Assembly: GCA_963669175.1 (NCBI GenBank)
Contig: OY769902.1
Location: forward strand, 2,208,001-2,272,000
Length of the DNA stretch: 64,000 nucleotides
Source of the DNA: a bacterium
GTDB lineage: Bacteria > Electryoneota > Electryoneia > Electryoneales > Electryoneaceae
Direction: 5' to 3'
Of the stretch, positions 9,895 through 19,362 are shown one piece after another; position 1 is the stretch's first letter; each line of letters starts with the position of its first letter. The position numbers and the translations under genes were made by a program. The notes beneath the pieces are model-generated. The model saw only the letters and a program-made list of their open reading frames with translations, was not told the origin of the DNA and searched no databases.

Positions 9895-11967
9895 ATGATA
9901 CGACCAGTTGTAGTTATTGCCGCCGCCCGCAACGGGGGGCGGCTTCTCTCTCGTTTAGTTGAAGGTCGAGTTGTGCTAAGTGTGATGCTGTCACTGTTGG
10001 CAGTGGCGGGATTTGCACTGGGGCAGAATGGAAAAATGACCGACACCGGCTATCGCTGGCCGGTGGACGAGAAGGTGTTTACCAGCACTTTTGCGGAATA
10101 TCGTCCCAGTCGTTTCCACGCCGGTCTGGACTTCAGTACGGGTGGTGTGACCGGACGTCCCTGTTATGCCATTGCTGATGGCCATATCAGCCGGATAAAA
10201 GTCAATTTCAGCGGGTATGGCCGGGTTATTTACCTGCAACTCAAAGATGGAAATATTGTTGTCTATGCCCACCTGGATCGTTTCACCGATGAGGTAGAAG
10301 CATACATCCGCAAAGAGCAGAGACGTTCCGGCGGGTATGAGATCGAGCGTTTCCTCGGGCCGGATACCTTCCCGTTTAAACAGGGCGATATTGTTGCCTA
10401 TACGGGTGACACCGGGGCAGGTCCGGCGCATCTGCATTTCGAAATGCGCAAGGGAATGATAACCGCGTTTGACCCGGTTCTTGCCGGTTTTGTTGTCCCG
10501 GATGATACTCCTCCTTCTATCAAGCAGGTTGTCCTGGCGCCGCTGGATGGGGCCAGTGAAGTCCAAGGCGATCTTTTCCCCGTATTGCAAAATGTTGTCA
10601 ACGGTAAAGTGGACACGTTATCCTTCCAAGGCCGCGCGGGGGTGTCTGTGTATGCGGTGGATTACCAGACCGGGTATCGTTACCGCCTGGGGTTGAGACG
10701 TTTGGAACTCTATGTAGATGGCGTCTTGCGTCATGCCACCACCCTGGACAGTTTTCCCTATGGGATCAACCGTCACGCTCGCATGGAATTCGATTTTGAG
10801 ATGGAACGGCGTGGCGAGAAACGCTTGCGCAGGATGTATCATCTGCCGCCAAACCGTTTACCCTTCTATGACGATTCTCTGCCGGGTGGCGTGCTGGACA
10901 GTGACGAACTCGGCGCCGGTCCGCATACACTGGAGATCCGTGCTACAGACATGTGCGGCAACCGGTCGTCATTTACATGGACTGTTTATGCGCTTCCCGG
11001 CGCAACCCTGCCACCGCTTTCGGGAAATGGCCCCCCGCCATTGATGCCCAACCGGCTTTCGGACCGGAACATGACGCTTAAGGTTGATGTGGTTAAGGAT
11101 GTGGCACGGGTTGAAGTGAGTGGCGCACCGGCCGGTGGTGATGCCGCGTTGTTGTGCATTGAGCCGTTCGATCTGTCGTTCCATTTACAGCCCAAAGGGA
11201 ACGGGCGTTTCCTGGGACGTGCTGCATTGCCGAAAAATGCGGTCGAGGATATTGTTTTCAAGGTTGGTATTTTCGCTCACGATTCCCTTATCGCAGCAAC
11301 CTCGCAGGCCTGTCTCCTGGCCACGAAGGATGCCAATACCAGCTTGAAATTCTTCTCGCCGGACAGCTTGCTGGAAGTTTATATCGAGGGTGGCGATACA
11401 TGGTTCGACCTGGCTTCCATCCTGACCATCCTGCCGCCTGAGGACAGCACTATTACCCCGGTGTATCGGCTACGCCCCGGGGATCATCCCTTCGCCAATT
11501 CCTTTGACCTGGTTTTCCACAGCGATCAGATGGGCTGGGATCAGCAGGCGCTTATCCTTTTCCGTGAAGATGGCGGGAATGGCCGCTGGCACAGCCTGGG
11601 ACGCATATGTGAAAACGATGGTCATGAACTGCTGGCACGTGCGCTCTCGTTTGAAGATTTTGCCGTGGGGCGTGACACGACAGCGCCGAGCATAGACAAT
11701 GTTTCGCCACGAAACGGGATCATTCTGACCAACCGGCAACCGATGCTGCAGGCGCGTATCAACGATGACCTGGCCGGAGTCGATATCAACCACAGCTCGC
11801 TGAAAATCAATGGGGAAGAAGTCATCTGGGTCTATGACCCGGATAAGCGGAAAATTTATTATGAGCCCTGGGAACCGTTGACGCCGGGAGACTATACCTG
11901 GACAGTGGTGGTTGAAGATGGTGTGGGGAACAAAAGTATAGAGACCAGAAGATTTACTGTACAGTAG
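9895..11967 (+). CDS. M23 family metallopeptidase with C-terminal Ig-like domains
   Basis: HAGLD, YAHLD and GDTGAGPAHLHFE zinc motifs; DTTAPSI-type Ig-like tail. Start position uncertain (9895-9985). Confidence 0.88.
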   Translation: MIRPVVVIAAARNGGRLLSRLVEGRVVLSVMLSLLAVAGFALGQNGKMTDTGYRWPVDEKVFTSTFAEYRPSRFHAGLDFSTGGVTGRPCYAIADGHISRIKVNFSGYGRVIYLQLKDGNIVVYAHLDRFTDEVEAYIRKEQRRSGGYEIERFLGPDTFPFKQGDIVAYTGDTGAGPAHLHFEMRKGMITAFDPVLAGFVVPDDTPPSIKQVVLAPLDGASEVQGDLFPVLQNVVNGKVDTLSFQGRAGVSVYAVDYQTGYRYRLGLRRLELYVDGVLRHATTLDSFPYGINRHARMEFDFEMERRGEKRLRRMYHLPPNRLPFYDDSLPGGVLDSDELGAGPHTLEIRATDMCGNRSSFTWTVYALPGATLPPLSGNGPPPLMPNRLSDRNMTLKVDVVKDVARVEVSGAPAGGDAALLCIEPFDLSFHLQPKGNGRFLGRAALPKNAVEDIVFKVGIFAHDSLIAATSQACLLATKDANTSLKFFSPDSLLEVYIEGGDTWFDLASILTILPPEDSTITPVYRLRPGDHPFANSFDLVFHSDQMGWDQQALILFREDGGNGRWHSLGRICENDGHELLARALSFEDFAVGRDTTAPSIDNVSPRNGIILTNRQPMLQARINDDLAGVDINHSSLKINGEEVIWVYDPDKRKIYYEPWEPLTPGDYTWTVVVEDGVGNKSIETRRFTVQ

Positions 11968-12054
11968 ATTTTTCAGAACAAGGCAGTTTCGATTTGCTTT
12001 TTCCCGTTTCGATTCGGACTTTGATATGGGGGTTCGATTTCGTTGGGAGGCGCC

Positions 12055-13233
12055 ATGAGAAACATCCTTGGACTCTGGTTGTTGCTGTTCCTCGTTCTTC
12101 TTGCGGGGTGTGATGATGATCCCGGTGTGTCACCGGGGGGTGGGGATGATCCTGTTGAAGGACAGGCTTACCTGTTGATTCCTCCCTACTATGGCATTGC
12201 TTACGACGCGCTTTCGCTGGACGACAATACCATCCTTGTCGCAGGTTATGGCGGCCCAGTCATACATCAAGGCTATGACGTGGCCGTTGTACGTTTGAAC
12301 GCTGAAGGCGATACCCTCTGGTCGCTGCAGATACCTTTCGACCGGTTCACGAGTCATATCAAGATGTATCGTCAGCTTGGCGGCGATGAAGTGTACCTGC
12401 TGGCTGAATTACGACGAGACTCGCAATCCGATCCGGTTGACAACCCGGGATACCTGGGAGTGGCGAACATATCCATCGACGGAGAATTGATCAGCTATGA
12501 GATGAAGGATCTCGGGCTGGAAAATGTCTATATCACGCAAAGCCTGCTTGCAACCGATGATGGATTCTTTGCTGTCACTCCAGTATATCGTACGGTTGAG
12601 CGAGATTCCCTGGAGATTGTGGTTTCAAAGGTCAATCATGTGGGGGATGTTCAATGGACATCAACGCTGAATAACCTGAAACTGGGTGTTCCTTATGATG
12701 CCTGCTTGTCCGGGGGGCAGGTGTTTATCATGAACAGGTATTTGCATTCCGAAACGGCTATCTATGGTGCGCTTGCACGGGTGACTACATATGGAACCAG
12801 TACGCTTTTTCTGGACAGCGTTTTTGTGGATGGGTTGATGAGTATCGCTGGACGTCCTGACGGCGGGGTCTATCTGAACCATGTGATGTATTCCTCGCCC
12901 TGCCTGATCGGGATGAGCCAGTCTGCCAGCGGCATTGTGGAAAACAACATTTCCCTGAACAATTTTCAGTATATCCATGGAATCGCCTCTGCGCCTAATG
13001 GCGATGTTTTCGGGATCGCACATGAAGCCGTGAATGACACAACGACTGCCGGTAACAGTGGCTTAGTTCGCATCAGTTCTGAAGGGACCAGCCTCTGGGA
13101 ATACAGTATCGCCGCCTCGGACAGCGTATACCTGTATAATGTCGTCTCTCAGATTAATGGAGATGCGTTCGGGATTGGGCTGGCACAAGAACATTTCGCG
13201 GTTGTCTGGGTAAAAGGGGGGTGGCTGGAGTAA
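12055..13233 (+). CDS. Lipoprotein, probable beta-propeller
   Basis: Lipobox LLAGC, RBS GGAGG, repeated 'G..LW' blade motifs. Confidence 0.75.
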   Translation: MRNILGLWLLLFLVLLAGCDDDPGVSPGGGDDPVEGQAYLLIPPYYGIAYDALSLDDNTILVAGYGGPVIHQGYDVAVVRLNAEGDTLWSLQIPFDRFTSHIKMYRQLGGDEVYLLAELRRDSQSDPVDNPGYLGVANISIDGELISYEMKDLGLENVYITQSLLATDDGFFAVTPVYRTVERDSLEIVVSKVNHVGDVQWTSTLNNLKLGVPYDACLSGGQVFIMNRYLHSETAIYGALARVTTYGTSTLFLDSVFVDGLMSIAGRPDGGVYLNHVMYSSPCLIGMSQSASGIVENNISLNNFQYIHGIASAPNGDVFGIAHEAVNDTTTAGNSGLVRISSEGTSLWEYSIAASDSVYLYNVVSQINGDAFGIGLAQEHFAVVWVKGGWLE

Positions 13234-13282
13234 AGTCGCCAACAACTAATGCCCAGAATGTTGTTGGATATGGTCGGATGCG

Positions 13283-13959
13283 AAAAATGGGACTGTCACC
13301 TTTTCAAATTCGCAAAGGTATGACAGTTCAAAATGTGTTGATGAAAAGGTGACTGCACCAGATTTTTCGCTTGCTCTGTACAAAAGTTCGGCTGCTCACG
13401 AGAATTTGTGCATATTATTGACGAGCACGTTTCGTCAGGTCTTGACGTGATGCCTTTTCTTGTTCTTCTCCGTAATTTCAGATATCTGTCCGACTTCACA
13501 CCTGCTATTTCGCATGATAGATCGTCATCAGGCATCACGTTGTGACCTGACGACAGCGAGAGTGCTGATACCGGTGGCAGGTCACAACACGACAATAACA
13601 GGACGAGAGGTGGTTTCAGTATTATCGTGCATTCAGGAAAACATAGCGAAAGCCGAAAACGAGAAATCGCGTCAAGACCTGCCACAACATTGCCCGGATG
13701 CACAAATTCTTGTGAGGAACTAAAGTTCAGAGTGGGAAAATGCCGGGACAGCTACCTTTTTCGCATTTATTTACCAGGAAGTCATTGTTTTATTTGATTA
13801 ACAACGAAAACAGCAACTATCAATATACTATCAAGCGAAAAAGAGTAGCAGTCCCCATTTTCTGTCAACTATGAAATTGACAAATTATAGTGGGTTGCAT
13901 AACTAATGTTGCATAGGATAGCAAAACTTCGAGATCCCCGGTCAGGCTCGGGGATGACA
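13283..13959. repeat. Intergenic cluster of inverted repeats including a nested palindrome of about 320 bp
   Basis: Nested stems 13395-13413/13698-13716, 13436-13451/13666-13681 and 13539-13549/13578-13588; flanking imperfect IR pairs at about 13283/13343 and 13737/13836; GTCATCCCCG-family palindrome at 13931-13959. Confidence 0.85.
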
Positions 13960-14014
13960 TGATGCGACATTTTTTTCGAGCACTGCTATAATTTGATCCA
14001 CCCTTCGCAACACT

Positions 14015-14043
14015 TTGACTCCCCGCTTCAAATACGGTATAGT
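14015..14043 (+). promoter_or_regulatory. Sigma70-type promoter for putP
   Basis: TTGACT-N17-TATAGT. Confidence 0.7.
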
Positions 14044-14095
14044 GTAACACTCACTGAGCAGGAAGACGGACAGCAAACGTGCCGGAGGGGAACTC

Positions 14096-15565
14096 ATGCT
14101 GCTTGCCGTATTTATCGCTTACCTGGTGATTGTGCTGGGGATCGCGGTCTGGTCGCTGAAATTTTCCAAAACCAAAGATGACTATATCCTGGGTGGCAGG
14201 AAACTTCCGGGTAGTGCGCTGGCGCTTTCGGAACGTGCCACCGGGGAATCCGCATGGTTGTTGCTCGGCCTGACCGGGCATGGTTTTGCTGAGGGAATCG
14301 CGTCGATCTGGGTGGCGCTTGGTTGTGTCGCAGGGGTCATCTTTATCTGGCTGGTGATGAGTCAACCGTTACGCAAGGCCAGCCAGGAAACCGGCGCATT
14401 AACCGTCTCCAGCCTGTTATCCAGAAAATTCCCCGGCGCGGAAAAACCAATCGGCCTGGTTTCATCCCTCATCGTGATTTTCTTCTTCATGTTCTATATC
14501 GCGGCCCAGTTCTCCGGGGCGGGCAAGGTGGTCAACGAGACCTTCCAGCTTGATCCTTTCTGGGGTATTGTGATCGGTTCGCTGATCGTGACCATTTACT
14601 GCACCTTTGGCGGTTTTATCACCGTAGTAGCGACTGATGCCTTTCAGGCTATCCTGATGATTGTCACGCTGGTCGTGCTGCCGATTATTGCCCTTGTCGT
14701 TATCGCACAGCATAATGTTTCCATAGCCCAGAGCCTGGTCGTAGCGAGCGAAGCATCCGGGCAGCAACTGACCTCACTGACCTACGGTAAAACCGGTGGC
14801 GCGGCATTCCTGTTTATCCTGAGCGGATTATCATGGGCGTTCGGCTATACCGGGCAGCCGCAGTTGCTGACTCGCATGATGGCGATGCGTGACCGGAAGA
14901 GCGTACGTGATGCCAAGGTAATTGCCGTGATCTGGACCCTACTGGCCTATGGCGGCGCAGTGCTGATCGGAATTTTCGGGGTGGCACTGGCCTATGCCGG
15001 GTTGTTCGATGCAGAAGGCGGTCTGGCCGGGATCGAAGCGGAGCATATTCTGCCGGTGATGGTGCTGAACCTGATGAATCCTTTGCTGGCCGGGATTCTG
15101 CTTTCCGGGGCGATATCAGCAATGATGTCCACCGCCTCATCACAGCTCATGGTCAGCTCCTCGTCTACCAGTGAAGACATTTACGCACATATGAGCAAAC
15201 GCAAGCTTTCTCCCAAAGCTGTTTTAAATCTGAATAAACTGCTTACGCTTGCGGTAGGAGTGATCGCATTTATCTTGGCGTTGACAGTTGCTGAGACCGT
15301 ATATGACATGGTCTCTTACGCCTGGTCGGGAATTGGAGCATCTTTCGGCCCGGCGCTGCTGCTCCTGCTGTTCTGGAAGAAATTCTCACGAGCCGGGGTA
15401 TACGCTTCCCTGGTAACCGGGACGTCCATGACGATTGTCTGGAAGGTCTTGTTCATGGAGAGTACCGGGATTTCTGAACGCTTGGTCGCTTATATCGCGT
15501 CCTTTGCGCTGGCTATGCTGTTCTCTGTATTGATTCCGGAAAAGAAAGAACGGCTGACATCGTGA
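14096..15565 (+). CDS. putP: Sodium/proline symporter (SSS family)
   Basis: DYILGGRKLP, ALSERATGESAWLLLGLTG, GYTGQPQLLTRMMA, AMMSTASSQL and YAWSGIGASFGP. Confidence 0.88.
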   Translation: MLLAVFIAYLVIVLGIAVWSLKFSKTKDDYILGGRKLPGSALALSERATGESAWLLLGLTGHGFAEGIASIWVALGCVAGVIFIWLVMSQPLRKASQETGALTVSSLLSRKFPGAEKPIGLVSSLIVIFFFMFYIAAQFSGAGKVVNETFQLDPFWGIVIGSLIVTIYCTFGGFITVVATDAFQAILMIVTLVVLPIIALVVIAQHNVSIAQSLVVASEASGQQLTSLTYGKTGGAAFLFILSGLSWAFGYTGQPQLLTRMMAMRDRKSVRDAKVIAVIWTLLAYGGAVLIGIFGVALAYAGLFDAEGGLAGIEAEHILPVMVLNLMNPLLAGILLSGAISAMMSTASSQLMVSSSSTSEDIYAHMSKRKLSPKAVLNLNKLLTLAVGVIAFILALTVAETVYDMVSYAWSGIGASFGPALLLLLFWKKFSRAGVYASLVTGTSMTIVWKVLFMESTGISERLVAYIASFALAMLFSVLIPEKKERLTS

Positions 15566-15637
15566 ACCAATCATGTGCATATTGAAATATCCAGCTTGGA
15601 ACAGGTACGGCTAAGCGGGATTGAACTGGGGAAAATC

Positions 15638-16408
15638 ATGCTTGAGATCTTTCTGTGGACCGCTATCGAGCGGATGTTCAGACGCTCAAAACAGTTTGAT
15701 GTCGAATCCCGCCTCTCAGGCGGCGAAGGCAAGGAACGCAAGCTGGCGGCAACTGAACGTCAGGTTGACTTATTGATCTGGACATTGGCTTACCTGAAGA
15801 AGCTGGCTGAAGTTGACCTGAGTTTTAATGAGGATGAGCAAGCCTACTTGCACGAAATTGCCGAGGATATGTACAAGCTTGTTGATAAGTATTCCATTTA
15901 CGGCCTGCAAATCAGCAGGGAAGAAGTCTTCGACAAAGCCATGAATTTCGTAGATGTCCCGGATGCTTTCTTTGAAACGGCTCGCGGGGATCGTCCTTTC
16001 AGAACAGTCGTCATGATTTATTGCTGGCGGTTGGCGGCGCGTGATGATCAGGTAACGAAAGAAGAACTTGAATTTATCCGAAAAACCGGTCTGGATCTCG
16101 GGTTTAGCACCTTCGAGCTGGACAGTATCAGGATTCCCTATTACCGTGAAGATGCCCCAGATGAACGTCTATATGGCATTTCCCGCCAGGGAGCAAAAAT
16201 CATCCTGGCGCATGAAGGTTATGCTATTCGATGCATGATGTGCGGTACGGAACATGAAGCGCCCGAGCCTGGATTGCAAGGGGACGCTCGTTGTTCGCAT
16301 TGTCATGCATTGTTGTTATATCCAAGAGAAACCGCGGAAGAGCTGTACGACCATGATGAACCTCTTCTGCTTCGCATGCCTGTCCCGGGGAAGCAACATC
16401 CACTGTGA
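15638..16408 (+). CDS. TerB-like helical domain protein with a C-terminal zinc ribbon
   Basis: Paired LAEVDLSFNEDE and LAARDDQVTKEELEFI motifs typical of TerB/DjlA N-terminal domains; CMMC...CSHC at the C-terminus. Confidence 0.6.
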   Translation: MLEIFLWTAIERMFRRSKQFDVESRLSGGEGKERKLAATERQVDLLIWTLAYLKKLAEVDLSFNEDEQAYLHEIAEDMYKLVDKYSIYGLQISREEVFDKAMNFVDVPDAFFETARGDRPFRTVVMIYCWRLAARDDQVTKEELEFIRKTGLDLGFSTFELDSIRIPYYREDAPDERLYGISRQGAKIILAHEGYAIRCMMCGTEHEAPEPGLQGDARCSHCHALLLYPRETAEELYDHDEPLLLRMPVPGKQHPL

Positions 16409-16423
16409 TACCAGGGGGAGAGT

Positions 16424-16906
16424 ATGAGTGAAGACATCCGGATTGAACCGTTGAAGGCTGAGTTCATCGATGAATTGATTCCGTTGTGGATTCGTTTCAT
16501 GCAGTACCACGCAAACCTGGATGAATTCTACACCATGCACCCGGAAGCGCCCGACAGGTTTCGCAGGTACATCTCAAGCATGCTTGTTCCGGACGACAAT
16601 GTCTATGCCTACGTTGGAATTGTGGGTGATGATATTGCCGGGATGACCATACTGAAGCGCGAGCAGTTGCCGCCTGTTTTCCTGTTTGATGAATACTGTC
16701 TGCTGGAAATGATGGGGGTTGATGAGAAGTTCCGCCGAAAGGGGGTTGGCGAACTGATGATGGAAGAGTGTCATCGCTGGTGCAGGGAACATGGTCTGGA
16801 TCATATTCAGTTGCAGGTGGAATTCCGTAACAGGATCGGTCTGGGCTTTTGGCATAAGATGGGGTTTCAGGATCACAGCTTGACAGTGATGAAAGATATT
16901 CCATAA
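16424..16906 (+). CDS. GNAT family N-acetyltransferase
   Basis: VDEKFRRKGVGELMM acetyl-CoA motif A and N..GLGFWHKMGF. Confidence 0.9.
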   Translation: MSEDIRIEPLKAEFIDELIPLWIRFMQYHANLDEFYTMHPEAPDRFRRYISSMLVPDDNVYAYVGIVGDDIAGMTILKREQLPPVFLFDEYCLLEMMGVDEKFRRKGVGELMMEECHRWCREHGLDHIQLQVEFRNRIGLGFWHKMGFQDHSLTVMKDIP

Positions 16907-16932
16907 TTCCGGAAGCAGTAATGGGGGAGAAG

Positions 16933-17568
16933 ATGAAGTTCTTACCATTGATCCATCGTGGCGACCGCTTGAAAGCGCTGGTCGTAGGCGGTGGACAGGT
17001 TGCCTATAGAAAAGTGCTGGACCTGCTGGATGCGGGAGCCACGGTTGAGGGTGTGTCGCCTGACATGGTTCCTGAACTGGAAGTCCTGATAGCTGAGATG
17101 CAACTCAAGTGGTCAAAGCGCACGTTTCATGCGAGCGACATACACGGCCATACGTTACTCGTCGTCGCAACCGATGATCCGATTCTGAATGCGGCCATTT
17201 ATGTTGAAGCGAAGGGCATGGGGATACCGATCAATGTAGTGGACCAACCGGATGTCTGTTCGGTATATTTCGCCGCGGTGGTCAGGCGTGATCCCATGCT
17301 TCTGGCAGTCTCGACAGGTGGTGGGGCGCCGTTCTTTGCCCGTGAATTTCGCAAGGAACTGGAGCGCTGGGTGGATGAGAACGGCTGGGCGTTACGTGCG
17401 GAATGGGCGGTACTTTTCCGCAAATTCGCGTTGAAGCAGACGAAGGATTTGGACGAACGCGAACAGCTTTTCAAGCGTTTTATGGAAGTGCCGATGGAGG
17501 AATTCTCAAGCTGGAATCTGGATAATCCACCTGTTGAAACATGGAAATCATGGAGTTTTGACAAGTAA
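16933..17568 (+). CDS. sirC: Precorrin-2 dehydrogenase / sirohydrochlorin ferrochelatase (SirC/Met8/CysG-N type)
   Basis: LVVGGGQVAYRK, ATDDPILN, NVVDQPDVCSVYF and AVSTGGGAP. Confidence 0.88.
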   Translation: MKFLPLIHRGDRLKALVVGGGQVAYRKVLDLLDAGATVEGVSPDMVPELEVLIAEMQLKWSKRTFHASDIHGHTLLVVATDDPILNAAIYVEAKGMGIPINVVDQPDVCSVYFAAVVRRDPMLLAVSTGGGAPFFAREFRKELERWVDENGWALRAEWAVLFRKFALKQTKDLDEREQLFKRFMEVPMEEFSSWNLDNPPVETWKSWSFDK

Positions 17569-17598
17569 GTAGTCAACCATCCAGGGGAGGAGTGTATT

Positions 17599-18390
17599 AT
17601 GCGGAAAGTATCATTGGGGATTATTTTTTTCTTTGTTTTCAACGTGATTGGATATGGCTATTATTACGGCCAGGAAATCACGCAAGATTATGTCACAGAT
17701 GATGTGACTCCAGCGATTCATGTTGAGGGAACAGGGGAAGTACATGTTGCGCCTGATATCGCCTATATCAAGTTCGGTGTTGAAAAGCGGGGCGATTCGT
17801 TGTCAGTCGCCATGGCAGAATGTGACCTGGTTGTTGAAAAAGTGGCCGCTATCGCAAAAGGATTTGGTATCCCGGTTCGTGATATTCACAGTACTGAATC
17901 TTACGCGCAGCCAAACAGCTATTACTGGTGGTGGTCTTATGATGAACCCAAGAGATTTCGATCACGCAAGACCATTGAGATTACAGTTCACGATCCTGAA
18001 CCGAGAAAACTGAATGCTTTTGTAGTGGCATGTATGGAAGCGGGTGTCGATCATATCCTGAAGCTGGATTTTCATGTAACCAATCTTGAGAAGTATCGCA
18101 ATGAGGCGAGGAAACTGGCAGCCGAAAACGCACGCGCCCGCGCTGAAATGCTGGCTGCAACGCTTGGGGTAGAGGTGGGAATGCCCATTGATATCCAGGA
18201 AGTAACTGCCGAGACCAAACCCTGGTATTACTACTATCACTGGGGCAGAAACGATAACCAGGCTTTCACCAGTCAACGTATTTCGCGGATGGACAATGAG
18301 AATGCTTCTGATGAGACTTCTGGTGATTCAATGACAAATCGTCTGATTATCAAATCCCAACTGAAGATTGTTTTCAAACTGGAGAAGTAG
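17599..18390 (+). CDS. SIMPL (DUF541) periplasmic protein
   Basis: IHVEGTGEVHVAPDIAYIKFGV and ARKLAAENARARAEMLAATLGV. Confidence 0.88.
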   Translation: MRKVSLGIIFFFVFNVIGYGYYYGQEITQDYVTDDVTPAIHVEGTGEVHVAPDIAYIKFGVEKRGDSLSVAMAECDLVVEKVAAIAKGFGIPVRDIHSTESYAQPNSYYWWWSYDEPKRFRSRKTIEITVHDPEPRKLNAFVVACMEAGVDHILKLDFHVTNLEKYRNEARKLAAENARARAEMLAATLGVEVGMPIDIQEVTAETKPWYYYYHWGRNDNQAFTSQRISRMDNENASDETSGDSMTNRLIIKSQLKIVFKLEK

Positions 18391-18414
18391 CTGAACATTC
18401 AACAAGGCAGGTTC

Positions 18415-19362
18415 ATGAGTCGAGTAATACGTATCGGGACACGTGGCAGCAGGTTGGCCATGTGGCAGGCGGAGCAGGCGCAGGAGCTGGTCCGGACTGC
18501 CTGGCCGGAAGTTGAAACAGAAATTGTCGAGATCAAGACACAAGGTGACCGTGACCAGGCAACCCCGCTGGCCAAGATGGGTGGCGTCGGGGTGTTCGTG
18601 AAGGAGCTGGAGAAGGCGCTTCTTGAAGACCGGATCGATGTCGCGGTTCATAGCGCGAAAGATCTTCCCAGCCGGATGACGGATGGCCTTGAGACTGCCG
18701 CTGTGTTACCACGTGGACCGGTTGAGGATGTGCTGATCTGCCGTGAAGCGTCCGGTTTGAGTGGTTTGAAAGAAGGGGCTTTAATCGGCACCTCAAGCCC
18801 GCGCAGGATCTCACAACTGTTGGCGATACGTGAAGACTTGAAGTTCCAGCCATTGCGCGGAAACATCGATACACGCCTGAGAAAATTGAAGGAAGGCCAG
18901 TACGATGCCATCGTGATGGCGCGTGCTGCTGTAGTACGGCTTGGCATAGAAGAACATGTCACGGAAGTTCTGGACCCAACCGCTATCCTTCCCGCGCCGG
19001 GGCAGGGGATTGTTGTCCTGCAAGTGCGTTCCGAAGATACCGAACTCTTCAAAAAGCTTCATGAAGTGCGTGATGTGGATACTTGCCTGGAATTCCGGGC
19101 CGAACGCGGATTCCTGTACAAACTTCGCGCAGGTTGCAGCGCCGCAGTGGGGGGCTGGGCGCGTGTGCGGAAGATGGGGTTGGTGACGTTACGGGTGCGT
19201 GTGCTGTCGCCGGACGGTGGAACCGCGGTGGAGGCGATGGCGTCCGTGCCAACCAATGCTGACCTTTTCCAGTTCGGGAAGGATATGGCGTCCAACCTGC
19301 TGAAGAATGGCGCCGCCTTGCTGTTCATTGAAGATGAAGAAGATGCGTTCTGGGGGAATTGA
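18415..19362 (+). CDS. hemC: Hydroxymethylbilane synthase (porphobilinogen deaminase)
   Basis: IRIGTRGSRLAMWQA, DVAVHSAKDLP, GTSSPRR, RGNIDTRL, PAPGQG and AGC. Confidence 0.96.
   Translation: MSRVIRIGTRGSRLAMWQAEQAQELVRTAWPEVETEIVEIKTQGDRDQATPLAKMGGVGVFVKELEKALLEDRIDVAVHSAKDLPSRMTDGLETAAVLPRGPVEDVLICREASGLSGLKEGALIGTSSPRRISQLLAIREDLKFQPLRGNIDTRLRKLKEGQYDAIVMARAAVVRLGIEEHVTEVLDPTAILPAPGQGIVVLQVRSEDTELFKKLHEVRDVDTCLEFRAERGFLYKLRAGCSAAVGGWARVRKMGLVTLRVRVLSPDGGTAVEAMASVPTNADLFQFGKDMASNLLKNGAALLFIEDEEDAFWGN

Noticed and set aside
13296-13723. ORFs 13296..13703 (-) and 13460..13723 (+)
   Set aside because: No RBS or motif; they overlap the nested palindrome, which explains the region better.
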